Below are positions 9,803 through 19,469 of a DNA stretch of 64,000 nucleotides, in pieces. The notes beneath the pieces were generated by a model, which saw only the letters and a program-made list of their open reading frames with translations, made no database searches and was not told the origin of the DNA. Position 1 is the stretch's first letter. Each line of letters begins with the position of its first letter. The translations under genes and the position numbers were made by a program. The stretch comes from Candidatus Latescibacterota bacterium (lineage in GTDB: Bacteria > Krumholzibacteriota > Krumholzibacteriia > WVZY01 > JAKEHA01), in assembly GCA_963707635.1 (NCBI GenBank), contig OY970173.1:3008001-3072000 (forward strand), in the 5' to 3' direction.

Positions 9803-10381
9803 ATGACGCTCCGGGACGAACTGCTCCAACACCTCCTGTCTCATTCGTTCAAGACGGGCGAATTCACACTCGCTTCCGGCAGGACCAGCAAATATTACAT
9901 CAACGGCAAATTGACGACGCTGGATGCGCGGGGCGCGTATCTGGTCGGCCGGATGTTTCTGGCCATGATGGCGGACGACGTGCCGGATGCGGTCGGCGGT
10001 CTCACGCTCGGCGCGGACCCGATCATCGGCGCGATGCTTTCGCTGGCGGGGCTCGAGGATCTTCCGCTGCGCGGATTCATCGTGCGCAAGCAGACGAAAG
10101 ACCATGGCACCAAGTCGCTGGTGGAAGGGGCGCTGCGCGAAGGCGACCGGGTGGTGATCGTGGAGGACGTGGTGACCACGGGCGGTTCGTCGCTGCAGGC
10201 GATCACCTCGGTCAAAGCGCTGGGGTGCGAGGTGCGCCGAGTGCTGGCGGTGGTCGACCGCGAAGAAGGAGGCGGCGCCGCGCTCGCGAAGGAAGGGTGT
10301 CGGCTGGAAGCCGTGTTCACCGCCGCCGAACTGCTTGCCGCGGTTCCTCAGGGACTCCCGGGGCGCGGCGGCGACGCGTGA
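9803..10381 (+). CDS. pyrE: Orotate phosphoribosyltransferase
   Basis: FTLASGRTSKYY, RKQTKDHG and the PRPP-binding motif VEDVVTTGGS. Confidence 0.95.
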   Translation: MTLRDELLQHLLSHSFKTGEFTLASGRTSKYYINGKLTTLDARGAYLVGRMFLAMMADDVPDAVGGLTLGADPIIGAMLSLAGLEDLPLRGFIVRKQTKDHGTKSLVEGALREGDRVVIVEDVVTTGGSSLQAITSVKALGCEVRRVLAVVDREEGGGAALAKEGCRLEAVFTAAELLAAVPQGLPGRGGDA

Positions 10382-10393
10382 GCGCGCGGCGGG

Positions 10394-11551
10394 TCATTCG
10401 ATGAGGTGCCCCGTCCGCCCGAGCAGTTTGCCCAGCAGCAGCCCCCACACGGGCGCGGCATAAGCCAGGGCCGCCGCCGAGATGATGCCGCCGGCCACCG
10501 GGATGCCGCTGGTCAGCGCGCGCAGGACGACGACGGGGAGGCCGATGACGGCCACCAGTCCCACCGAATAGATGTACTCGTGCTCCATCCGGATGATCGT
10601 GCGCACGAGGCGGCGCGGATCGAGCGTCTTCGCGACTGAACCGGTGAACCCTCCGATGGAGACCATCGCGGCGGGCAGATAGACCGCGGCCACGACGCTG
10701 GCCGTCACCAGCGCCACCGGACTCCTCGATACGAACCCCCACAGCGACTCGCCGCCGCGGCCCTGCGCCAGCATGGCGAGCTTGGAGCTGCCGGCGATCA
10801 CGATTCCCCACTGCACCACGACCACACTCATCAACAGGGCGGGCCGCAGGAGCTTGCGCCACGGGTCGGCGAACGAGCGGTTCCATTCCGGCGGGCGGGC
10901 CGCGCCGCGAGCCGTGTACTCCATGATCTGAAACAGCCACAACCACAGGAGCGCGGCGCCGATGAATCCGCCGAACGGCACCCACCCGAGCCCGGCGAGC
11001 ACCGCCGCGGGCACCGCGACGTAGAGAGGTCCGCGGGCGAGCGGCATGGTCGCGAGCTCGCCCAGATCGTCCCACGCAGGCGCGGGGCGGTCGAGATAAC
11101 GAAATGCCTTCTGTTCCGCTTTCGAGAAGCGCCGCTTGACCTCTTGCGCCGCGCGCGCGTGGTAGGGGTAGCGGTGCAGCACGGTCTGGAAGTGAGCCCG
11201 CGCCTCGTCGCGGTGTCCGAGCTGGGCGGCGAGAACGCCGGCGTCGAGCTGGAACTCCAGCGTGTCGGGCGATTCGGTCGCGCGCTCGAGGGCGGCTTTG
11301 TATTCTTTTTCGACCCGCGCGCGCTCATCGTTCACGGGCGCGGCCGAATCCGACCCCGGGGATGCGCCCGGGAGATACTCCGCAAACCGGGTCTCTCCCA
11401 GTACCGCCCAGCGGTCCTCGTCGGGCAGGAAGATGCGGACGGCGGCGGACAGCTCGCCGCTGCGGCAGAGATCCTCGATCTCCTGCCAGGTCCACTGCTC
11501 TTCCCGAGTGGATCCTTCGCGAAGGACGTAGTAAAGGGTTCCGGTCGTCAT
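10394..11551 (-). CDS. Membrane protein with N-terminal GYF_2-like and TPR-like regions
   Basis: N-terminal YYVLREG...W..IEDL..SGEL.....W pattern, a TPR-like segment, then about 6 TM helices. Confidence 0.65.
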   Translation of the reverse strand: MTTGTLYYVLREGSTREEQWTWQEIEDLCRSGELSAAVRIFLPDEDRWAVLGETRFAEYLPGASPGSDSAAPVNDERARVEKEYKAALERATESPDTLEFQLDAGVLAAQLGHRDEARAHFQTVLHRYPYHARAAQEVKRRFSKAEQKAFRYLDRPAPAWDDLGELATMPLARGPLYVAVPAAVLAGLGWVPFGGFIGAALLWLWLFQIMEYTARGAARPPEWNRSFADPWRKLLRPALLMSVVVVQWGIVIAGSSKLAMLAQGRGGESLWGFVSRSPVALVTASVVAAVYLPAAMVSIGGFTGSVAKTLDPRRLVRTIIRMEHEYIYSVGLVAVIGLPVVVLRALTSGIPVAGGIISAAALAYAAPVWGLLLGKLLGRTGHLIE

Positions 11552-11584
11552 AAGCTCGCCGAGAGGTACGGTCCGCAGCTGCTG

Positions 11585-11600
11585 TGCACGCCGTGTGCCA
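11585..11600 (-). promoter_or_regulatory. Putative sigma-54 promoter
   Basis: Minus strand TGGCACACGGCGTGCA (TGGCAC-N6-TGCA), ending 34 nt upstream of the ATG at 11551. Confidence 0.65.
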
Positions 11601-11623
11601 ACCCGGGGCGCAGCCCACAATGC

Positions 11624-11652
11624 GAAGGGCCCGCCCGGAGGGCAGGCCCTTC
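11624..11652 (-). terminator. GC-rich hairpin, likely terminator of the PEP-CTERM gene
   Basis: GAAGGGCCTGCCC-TCC-GGGCGGGCCCTTC about 30 nt after the stop; weak U tract. Confidence 0.55.
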
Positions 11653-11683
11653 ATTGACTCGGTCGGTGTTAGAGGAGCGGGAG

Positions 11684-12205
11684 CTACACGGTCGCGTTCT
11701 GACGCCGCCGCATCCCCGCGTAGAGGCCGATCATCATGAGACCGGTGCCCAGGAGCATCCAGGTCGACGGCTCGGGCGTCGCCTGCGTGCCGCCACGCCG
11801 GTCGCGATCGCGACCCAGGTCGCGAGTGTTGCCACCCCGGCTGCTACCCGGACGGCCGCCCGGGCGCGTGTCGTTCCACTCCATGATCCCGCCTCCACCG
11901 TTGCCCCCCCGGGACCGGCTCGAGAACGAAGAATTAGAGAACGTCGCCCCGGCACCTGTCGTGACCAGGAAGCCGCCGTTTGCGCCCAGCGTGGGCGCCG
12001 AACCGGCGAAAGACCCCGACGCGGCGTCCGTCTTGTCCGCGAGCGAGGCGTTGAGCTGATCCTGAACCGCGTCGACACGGAGATAGTCCGTGGACTCCAT
12101 CCGAGCGTGTGCGCTCGAGTTCGACGCGGACAAAATCGATGCGGACGACTGCGTCGATGCGACGACAGTCAGAGCCAATGCAGCAACGGTGAACCGCGCG
12201 TTCAT
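11684..12205 (-). CDS. PEP-CTERM sorting-domain protein
   Basis: Signal peptide, low-complexity Gly/Ser body, C-terminal TPEPSTWMLLGTGLMMIGLYAGMRRR. Confidence 0.9.
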   Translation of the reverse strand: MNARFTVAALALTVVASTQSSASILSASNSSAHARMESTDYLRVDAVQDQLNASLADKTDAASGSFAGSAPTLGANGGFLVTTGAGATFSNSSFSSRSRGGNGGGGIMEWNDTRPGGRPGSSRGGNTRDLGRDRDRRGGTQATPEPSTWMLLGTGLMMIGLYAGMRRRQNATV

Positions 12206-12270
12206 CGAGTTCCTTTCGAAGTGCCAGACTGCAGCACGAAGAGGGGGGTGAATTGTCCTCGATGTCGCAA

Positions 12271-12287
12271 AGCAGGAGCGATGCCTG
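12271..12287 (-). promoter_or_regulatory. Putative sigma-54 promoter of the PEP-CTERM gene
   Basis: Minus strand CAGGCATCGCTCCTGCT (GG-N10-GC). An AT-richer region lies upstream. Confidence 0.5.
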
Positions 12288-12510
12288 AAATACGACTGGC
12301 CATTATTCTACCAGCAGCATTAACTGCTTGTCCAGCATTAAGATAGTAGTGGCGGATACAGCGTATATGTCGGACAGGATTCGCTATATCGAATGGCTGG
12401 GTCGGGAGCGCGAGGCGACCCATCCGCACCGTAAAGCCCCCCCCGGGGCGTGCGAATTTTCCCTGTTTACCTTCTCGAAAACGAGGCCCGGCGAGGGTTC
12501 GGTGGGAGAA

Positions 12511-12537
12511 CGGGCGCCCCGCCCGGCAGGGCGCCCG
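12511..12537 (-). terminator. Hairpin after the M16 peptidase pair
   Basis: CGGGCGCCC...GGGCGCCCG inverted repeat 16 nt after the stop, followed by TTCT. Confidence 0.5.
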
Positions 12538-12553
12538 TCCACCCCACGGGTGG

Positions 12554-14656
12554 CTACATCTTCATGCTCTTGAGCTCGATATTGAGCCCTTGAGCGGGGT
12601 TCTCCTGCTTGACCAGAAAGTGGGGCATGGCTTTCTGGACATACATGATCTGCTCGCCGTCGCTGCTCTTCACTTTCACCTTGAAGGTGGAATACGGCCC
12701 GGCGGGGACCATGAGGTCCTGCTCGCCCGTCACCTCGATGGTGATGTTCTCGAGCGTTCCCGACTGCGCATCGAGCACCGGGAACTTGAACGACTTCCCA
12801 CTCTCGAGCGGCAAGGTCGAAATCAGGATGTCGACCGCGTTCTTCAAGATCGTCCCCTTGACGAGCGTCACGTCGACGTTCTTGCCGCCGTCCTTGCCGC
12901 CCTCGACCCGTCCCTTCGCGGTCCCGTCCGCGAACGCGAGCTCCGAGGACATCTGCTGCGGCCCGGCCGCCATGGAGAACTTATAGGCTCGCGGCTCGAA
13001 CTCCGAGCCGAAAGTCATGGCCTCGTTCAGCGAGATCATCCCGGAAATCACCGACGAGGCGGCGAATTCCGACGACCCCTTCTTCTCGAGCGACACGTTC
13101 ATATCACCCAGATTCATCTCGCCGTACTTGACCGAATATGTCGCCGCCGTGTTTTTCAACCCCGACGTGTCGTAGTCGAAGTCCGTTCCCTGCACAGAGA
13201 GCTCGTCCATCGCTACGGGGTTTCCTTCGATGTCGAAGGTTGCCACCGAGGCAATGGGAGCCACCTTGTCCTTGATGGCGACGGCGTCGCCGACCAGGAC
13301 GATTGCGAGGTTGTCCGTCGGCAAGTGTTTGGCCATCGCGGTCTGAACATCCGCGGCCGTCACCTTGGCGACCTCCTTGCGGTAGTTCTCGAGGTAGCTC
13401 TTGTCCAGCCCCAGCAGCTTGATCGTCCCGATCTGCGCGGCAATCTGGCTGGGGGTCTCGATCGTGGTCGGGAAATTGCCCACCAGATACGATTTCGCGG
13501 TGTTGAGTTCCTCCGCGCTGACCGGTTCCCTGGTGATGCGCTCCAGCTGCACCAGCATCTCCGCCAGCGCGCTGTCGGACACTTCGGTGCGGCAGTTCGC
13601 CTCGGCGACGAAGATCCCCTGATCTTTCGGCTTGGTGAAGCTCGAGTACGCTCCGTAGGTCCAGCCGTGCTTCTCGCGCAGGTCGAGGAACAGCCGTCCC
13701 GTGCCGCCACCGCCGCCGAGGATGCGGTTGCCGACGGCGATCTTCGCCCAGTCCGGATCCGTCGGGCGAAGGCCCAGGAGGCCGACCCGGAGATTCGTCT
13801 GCACGGAACCCGGACGATGGTACAGCGCGATATTCCGCGCGGCTCGCCCGGGCGGGGTCGCATAGTTCGGCTTGTCCGGCGTCCCCGCCTTCCAGGCGCC
13901 GAAGTACTTCTCGACGTCCTTCTTGACCTGCTTCGTGGAGACGTCACCCACCACGAACAGGAGCGCGTTGTTGGCGACGTAGTTCTTGCGGTGGAACGCC
14001 ACCACGTCGTCGCGCGTGACGGACTCTACCGATTCGGTGGTCGGGTGGACGGAATAGGGGTGGCTGCCGTACACGACCTCGTCGAAGTGGCGATCCGCCA
14101 TCGCATCCGGGTCCGACTTCTCGAACTCGATGCCGGTTACGGCGCGCTTGCGCTCCTCCGCGAGCTCGTCTTCCGGGAACGTCGGATTGAGAATGATATC
14201 CGAAAGGAACTCGTACGCGGTCGGAAGATACTCGCTCAGAATCGAGATGGTGAGGATCGAACCGTCATTGTCGGCCGAAGCCTCGAACACTCCGCCCACC
14301 GACTCGATCCATTCCGCGAGCTGCTTCGAATCCTTCGTCGCCGTTCCCTTGTTGAGCAGCGAGCTGGTATAGGTCGCGAGCGACGACTTCCCTTCCGGGT
14401 CCAGGGTCGAACCGGCCCGGACGGCGAGCCAGATCGACGCGATCGGCTGCTCGTGGTGCTCGACCACGACCACCTCGAGCCCGTTCTTCATCACCAATTC
14501 CTGATACGCCGGAAACGAGAGCTTCTTCAGAGGCTCCGCCGGGGGCGGCGTTTGCTTGCCGGCCGCCGGCTTCGCCGCGTCGGCCGCGAGTGCCGCGCCC
14601 GCGATGCCCATCAGCAGGACCGTCAGCAGCGCGCCCATCCAACGATTGCTTTTCAT
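12554..14656 (-). CDS. M16B peptidase, non-catalytic subunit, with extra C-terminal DUF3108-like domain
   Basis: Signal peptide, NGLEVVVVE, no HXXEH motif, R/Y motif GRLFLDLREKHGWTYG. C-terminal domain contains VPAGPY. Confidence 0.85.
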   Translation of the reverse strand: MKSNRWMGALLTVLLMGIAGAALAADAAKPAAGKQTPPPAEPLKKLSFPAYQELVMKNGLEVVVVEHHEQPIASIWLAVRAGSTLDPEGKSSLATYTSSLLNKGTATKDSKQLAEWIESVGGVFEASADNDGSILTISILSEYLPTAYEFLSDIILNPTFPEDELAEERKRAVTGIEFEKSDPDAMADRHFDEVVYGSHPYSVHPTTESVESVTRDDVVAFHRKNYVANNALLFVVGDVSTKQVKKDVEKYFGAWKAGTPDKPNYATPPGRAARNIALYHRPGSVQTNLRVGLLGLRPTDPDWAKIAVGNRILGGGGGTGRLFLDLREKHGWTYGAYSSFTKPKDQGIFVAEANCRTEVSDSALAEMLVQLERITREPVSAEELNTAKSYLVGNFPTTIETPSQIAAQIGTIKLLGLDKSYLENYRKEVAKVTAADVQTAMAKHLPTDNLAIVLVGDAVAIKDKVAPIASVATFDIEGNPVAMDELSVQGTDFDYDTSGLKNTAATYSVKYGEMNLGDMNVSLEKKGSSEFAASSVISGMISLNEAMTFGSEFEPRAYKFSMAAGPQQMSSELAFADGTAKGRVEGGKDGGKNVDVTLVKGTILKNAVDILISTLPLESGKSFKFPVLDAQSGTLENITIEVTGEQDLMVPAGPYSTFKVKVKSSDGEQIMYVQKAMPHFLVKQENPAQGLNIELKSMKM

Positions 14657-14684
14657 CCCATGTCCTCCTTGGCGATGCTGTGGG

Positions 14685-16028
14685 TTAGCTGTTCTTCGGC
14701 GGCGCGGCCGTGACCATGGTCCGGTTGTCGTTGCGCAGATACTGCTTCGCCACGCGCTGAATATCCTGCACGGTCACCGCGAGGTAACGATCCAGGTCGC
14801 TATTGATCGCGGAGAGGTCGTTGTGCAGCCAGATGTAGTGGTGGATGGCCTCCGCCTTGCCCATCACGGTCTGGCGCGAGCTCACGAAATCCGTTTTCAG
14901 CTTCGTCTTCGCCTTCTGCAGCTCTTCCGCCGTGATGCCTTCGTTCTTGATCTTCTCGACCTCTTCGTCCATGAGCTTCCCGCACGTCTCGATATCCACG
15001 CCCGCGTTGGACGCGATGATCAGGCGAAACTCGCTCGGTCCCATGCGTCCATCGACGAACCCGAAGCAGCCGAACGCGGCCTCCTCGTCCTTGACCAGAC
15101 GCTTGTGCAGACGGCTCGACTCCCCGTCGATGAGGAGCGAGTTGAGCATCTCCAGCGCGGGCGAGTCGGCGTGCGCGTGGGGTGGAATCTGGTAGGTGGC
15201 GAACAGCGCGGGGACGTTGGCCTTGGGCGAGTCCACCAGTTTGCGCCGCTCGCCCTTGTTGAACGGCTCGTCCCACGCCGGGAACTTGCTGGGCTGGCCG
15301 GCGGGGATGGCGCCGAAGTACTGCTTCGCGAGCTCCATTGCCTTCTTGGGCTCGATGTCGCCGACGATGACGAGCACCGCGTTCGCCGGGCAGTAGTAGC
15401 GGTTGAAGAAGGCCTGGACGTCTTCGACCTTGGCCGCGTCCAGATCGTCCATGCTGCCGATCACGGTGTGGTCGTACGGCCAGCCGTCGTATCCGAGTGT
15501 GTCGGAAACGAGGAACGCTTCCCCGTAGGGCTGGTTGTCGATGCCCTGCCGGCGCTCTTCCTTCACAGTTTCGCGCTGGTTCTCGAACTTCTCGGAGGTG
15601 ACGACCAGCGAACGCATCCGATCCGCTTCCAGCCACAACCCCATGTTGAGGCGATTCGAGGGCAGCGTTTCGAAGTAGTTGGTCCGGTCCGTGTTGGTGG
15701 AGCCGTTGAGCGTGCCCCCCGACTCGGAGACGTACTTCATGTGGTCGCCCTTGGCCACGTTCTCCGAGCCCTGGAACATCATGTGTTCGAACAGGTGCGC
15801 GAAGCCGCTGCGGCCCTTCTCCTCATTGGCGCTCCCGACGTGATACCAGACGTTGACTGCGACGACCGGCACCGAGTGGTCCTCGGAAAGCACGACGCGC
15901 AGGCCGTTGTCGAGCTTGTGCTCTTCGTATTGAATCTCCCCGGCGGCCGCTTGCTTCTTGCCGTAGCCGGTGGTGGCAAACATGACACCGACGGCCACGC
16001 ACATTGCTGCCCAGATAAGGCGCTTCAT
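14685..16028 (-). CDS. M16B zinc peptidase, catalytic subunit
   Basis: Signal peptide, GFAHLFEHMMFQGS (HXXEH), NGST..DRTNY, VKEERR. Confidence 0.95.
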   Translation of the reverse strand: MKRLIWAAMCVAVGVMFATTGYGKKQAAAGEIQYEEHKLDNGLRVVLSEDHSVPVVAVNVWYHVGSANEEKGRSGFAHLFEHMMFQGSENVAKGDHMKYVSESGGTLNGSTNTDRTNYFETLPSNRLNMGLWLEADRMRSLVVTSEKFENQRETVKEERRQGIDNQPYGEAFLVSDTLGYDGWPYDHTVIGSMDDLDAAKVEDVQAFFNRYYCPANAVLVIVGDIEPKKAMELAKQYFGAIPAGQPSKFPAWDEPFNKGERRKLVDSPKANVPALFATYQIPPHAHADSPALEMLNSLLIDGESSRLHKRLVKDEEAAFGCFGFVDGRMGPSEFRLIIASNAGVDIETCGKLMDEEVEKIKNEGITAEELQKAKTKLKTDFVSSRQTVMGKAEAIHHYIWLHNDLSAINSDLDRYLAVTVQDIQRVAKQYLRNDNRTMVTAAPPKNS

Positions 16029-16313
16029 GCCTCCATTACCTCCGCATGTCGTTGAATCCAGAATAACGCCCCCGAAAACCGTGCACGATGAGGGAAAGGC
16101 GGGTTGGGTGCGCGGGTTGGTTGTCGCCAGATATATCCCAAAACGCCCCCTGCGTCAACCGCGCAGGGGACGTTTCGGGCGGTTTGAGTGACTCCAGGGC
16201 ACTCTACGGAAGAACCGGGTGCCGAGTTTCAGGGCATGGACGCCCCGGCCCGTCACTTGCAACGGCTACCATGCGACCCGCCCTCACCGGGCGCCCTTCG
16301 GGAGGAACCGCCA

Positions 16314-16853
16314 ATGAGACGATGCTTCGTACTTGCACTCGTGCTGGCTGGGTGCTCGGAACCCGCCACGACCGGGGATCCAGTCCGCAAGGCACCCGAG
16401 ACCAAGGTCGCCACTCGCCAGATCGCGAGCGAGCCGGCCCAATCGCCCCGGCCGGCCCAAGTGTCCCGGAATGTCACCGACGTTAAAGAGTTCGAGCGTT
16501 GCATCGCCGACCTCGCCGACGCCTGCGAGTACCGAATGGCCGGACGATACCAGCGCGCGAACGCCCGCGTTCGTTCCGCGATGGAGCAGGAGATCGCGCG
16601 GGCGCAGGCCGGCCGCGAGAGCCGCGCGGCGGCGGAACGGTCCCAGGAGATGAAACGGATCGGCGACGCCTCGGCCGAGCTGGTCGACGATATCGCGCGC
16701 GGAAACCAAAACGCGATGGAGAAGAACCTCGAACTGGCGCGCGAGTTCCTTTCACTCATGCGCGCCGACGCGGGCGCGAACGTCGTGGCGCGGCGGGAAG
16801 ACAAGGTCGAACGGCGCGAAGACCGGCGCGAGCGCCGCACCGACGGCCGCTAG
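16314..16853 (+). CDS. Hypothetical lipoprotein
   Basis: GGAGG RBS; MRRCFVLALVLAGC lipobox; helical, charged body. Confidence 0.6.
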   Translation: MRRCFVLALVLAGCSEPATTGDPVRKAPETKVATRQIASEPAQSPRPAQVSRNVTDVKEFERCIADLADACEYRMAGRYQRANARVRSAMEQEIARAQAGRESRAAAERSQEMKRIGDASAELVDDIARGNQNAMEKNLELAREFLSLMRADAGANVVARREDKVERREDRRERRTDGR

Positions 16854-18976
16854 ACGACGTTGACCCTCACGTCGACCACGCGGCAGCCGGCGCGGTCGGT
16901 GGTGACGATCACCGGGTTCATGTCCAGCTCGGCGATCCCTTCGACGTCGTGGACGAGTTGCGCCAGCCGGAGGATCGACTCCTCGACGAATTCGATGTCC
17001 ACGCGCGGGTCGCCGCGCACCCCCTCCAGGAGCGGGAACGACCGAACGCTGCGCACCATTTCGCGCGCATCGATGTCGGTCATGGGGAGTACCCGAAACG
17101 CCACGTCGCGCAGAATCTCTACGTAGCGGCCGCCCATTCCGAACATGAGCAACGGGCCGAACTTGGGATCCTGCGCGACGCCCAGGATGACCTCCTTGGA
17201 GCTACCGGCAGCGGCGTTCGCCCCAGCGCCCGCCATCTCCTGCACCATGAAACCGGTCGCGCGCTCGAACACACCCGCGCGCTTGAGCGCCGCCTCCATC
17301 GCGCGCCCCGCCTCGGCAAGCGCGGCCGCGTCGGCGATACCGACGGCGACACCGCCCACGTCGGACTTGTGCACGATGGTTTCGCCGACCACTTTTAGGA
17401 CCACCGGAAACGAAAGACCCCTGGCCGCCGCGCTCACGTCGGCGCCGGCGGGAACGACGGCGTAACGGCAGAGCGGAAACCGGTACGCGTCGAGCAGCGC
17501 GTGGGCGTCGCCCGGAGCCAGGTATCCGCCGCCCGCGCGCCGTTTCTTCTCCACGATCGCGCGCGCGCGGTCCACATCCGCCTCGAACGTTCGCACCTCG
17601 CCGACCGGGCGCGCCCGCCAGAGCCGGTAGCGGTTCATGTGCTGCGCCACCTTGACCGCATCCTCGGGGAACCGGTAGATCGGAACCGCCCGCTCGACCT
17701 CGCGCGGAATGCGCGCGTAGTACGCCTCTTCCGCCATCAACACGGAGTAGACCGACTTGCCGCGCGCGCGCGCCACCTTCGTGATACGGCGGATCACCTC
17801 CAGCGGCTCCACCATCAGCGGCGGAACGAAGATCGGAATCACGATATCGACGCCGTCGTCGGCCAGCACGAGGTCGAGCACCCGCTCGTACTGGTCGGGG
17901 CCCGCGCTCGCGATCATGTCGACGGGATTCTCCACGCTCGCCTCGGCCGGCAGGACGGACCGCAAGCCGGTTTTCGTTTTTTCCGACAGCGCGGCGATCT
18001 GGAGCCCGTGTCCGTCCGCCGCGTCCACCGCCATGATCGCCGGCCCACCGGCGTTGGTGACCAGACACAGCCGGTTGCCACCGGGCACCGGGGCCCCCAC
18101 GAAACCGGCGACCGCGTGGATCATTTCCTCGATGCTCGAGACCCGGTTGACTCCGCACTGCTGCAGCAGCGCCTCGGAGGCGACCTCGAGACCGGCCAGC
18201 GATCCGGTGTGCGACGAGGCGGCGCGGGCGCCGGCCGCGGAGGAGCCGGACTTCACCACCAGGATGGGTTTGCGGCGCGTGATCCGCTTCGACAATTCCG
18301 TGAACCGCCGGGGATCGCCGAACGATTCCAGGTACATCGCGATGATCTGCGTGTCGGGGTCGTTCTCCCAGTACTCGAGCAGGTCCATCGCGCCGACGTC
18401 CGCCTTGTTGCCCACGCTCGCGAAATAGGAGAAGCCAAGGCCGAGCTTCTGCACCGCCAAGAGAATGGCGACGCCGAGCGCTCCGCTCTGGGTCATGAAG
18501 GCCACCGTGCCGGTCGGCGGAATCCCGGGTGAGAAGGTGGCGTTCATGCGCACCGCGGGGGTGGCGTCGATCACGCCCATGCAGTTGGGGCCGATCATGC
18601 GCATACCGTAGCGGCGGGCGATCTCGATGATGGCGTCCTCGCGCTTCGCCCCCTCTTCCCCCGTTTCCCGGAAGCCCGCCGTGATGATGACGAGTCCCTT
18701 GACCCCCTTGCGCCCGCACTCCTCGACGACCCCCTGGACGTGAGCCGCCGGGACGACGATGACCGCGAGATCCACCGGGTCGGGAATCGCCTCGACCGAC
18801 GGGTACGACTTGGTGCTGTGGATGAACTCGTGGCGCGGGTTCACCGGGAACACCTTGCCGTTGAACTCGTACGCGAAGAGGTTGTTCAGGATCTCGCGCC
18901 CGATGCTCCCCGGTCGCGGGGTGGCGCCGACGATCGCGATCGAGCGGGGCTTGAAGATGGAATCGAGGGTGTGCAT
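16850..18976 (-). CDS. Acetate/acyl-CoA ligase (ADP-forming) family, fused alpha-beta
   Basis: PRSIAIVGA, GPNCMG, QSGALG, SHTGSLAG (phospho-His), NAGG, HKSDVGGV, DPKFGP, ELDMNP. Confidence 0.92.
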   Translation of the reverse strand: MHTLDSIFKPRSIAIVGATPRPGSIGREILNNLFAYEFNGKVFPVNPRHEFIHSTKSYPSVEAIPDPVDLAVIVVPAAHVQGVVEECGRKGVKGLVIITAGFRETGEEGAKREDAIIEIARRYGMRMIGPNCMGVIDATPAVRMNATFSPGIPPTGTVAFMTQSGALGVAILLAVQKLGLGFSYFASVGNKADVGAMDLLEYWENDPDTQIIAMYLESFGDPRRFTELSKRITRRKPILVVKSGSSAAGARAASSHTGSLAGLEVASEALLQQCGVNRVSSIEEMIHAVAGFVGAPVPGGNRLCLVTNAGGPAIMAVDAADGHGLQIAALSEKTKTGLRSVLPAEASVENPVDMIASAGPDQYERVLDLVLADDGVDIVIPIFVPPLMVEPLEVIRRITKVARARGKSVYSVLMAEEAYYARIPREVERAVPIYRFPEDAVKVAQHMNRYRLWRARPVGEVRTFEADVDRARAIVEKKRRAGGGYLAPGDAHALLDAYRFPLCRYAVVPAGADVSAAARGLSFPVVLKVVGETIVHKSDVGGVAVGIADAAALAEAGRAMEAALKRAGVFERATGFMVQEMAGAGANAAAGSSKEVILGVAQDPKFGPLLMFGMGGRYVEILRDVAFRVLPMTDIDAREMVRSVRSFPLLEGVRGDPRVDIEFVEESILRLAQLVHDVEGIAELDMNPVIVTTDRAGCRVVDVRVNVV

Positions 18977-18991
18977 CTGCGTCCGTGCGCT

Positions 18992-19438
18992 TCAGTGGCT
19001 CCGGGGCGGGTGGGCGGCACCGCGCCGAACCTGCTCCACCAGCTCGCGAACCTTGCTTTCGATCTCGCCGCGCACGCGTCGAAACACGGTGAGCGACTTG
19101 CCGACCGGGTCCTCGATCTTCCAGTCCACGGTTTTTCCCTTGAAGCCGCGGGGCACCAGCGCCGCCGCCCGCACGGGCGCCATCGACACCACGATGTCCA
19201 TCTCCCCCACCGGCACGGCGTCGAGGCCGTTGGAGCGCTGGCGCGAAATGTCGATCTTGAGCTCGCGCATGATCTCGATCGCGTCCTCGCTGATGACCCC
19301 GGTCGGGTTGGTGCCCGCGCTGTAGATCTCGAGGACGTCGTGGCCGAACTTGCGCGCGAACCCCTCCGCCATCGGCGACCGGCACATGTTGCCGATGCAC
19401 ACGAAAAGCACGCGGGTCTTGGTTGCGGGATGACTCAT
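18992..19438 (-). CDS. Low-molecular-weight phosphatase / ArsC-like protein
   Basis: P-loop VLFVCIGNMCRSPMAEG, SAGT, WKIEDPVG. Confidence 0.85.
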   Translation of the reverse strand: MSHPATKTRVLFVCIGNMCRSPMAEGFARKFGHDVLEIYSAGTNPTGVISEDAIEIMRELKIDISRQRSNGLDAVPVGEMDIVVSMAPVRAAALVPRGFKGKTVDWKIEDPVGKSLTVFRRVRGEIESKVRELVEQVRRGAAHPPRSH

Positions 19439-19469
19439 CGAAGCAGGTGCGATGACCGCGGACACCCTA

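Noticed and set aside
12290..12420. Lower-GC stretch as foreign DNA or small ORFs (12202..12429, 12328..12573)
   Set aside because: It is short, has no mobility signals, and is better explained as the upstream regulatory region of the PEP-CTERM gene.
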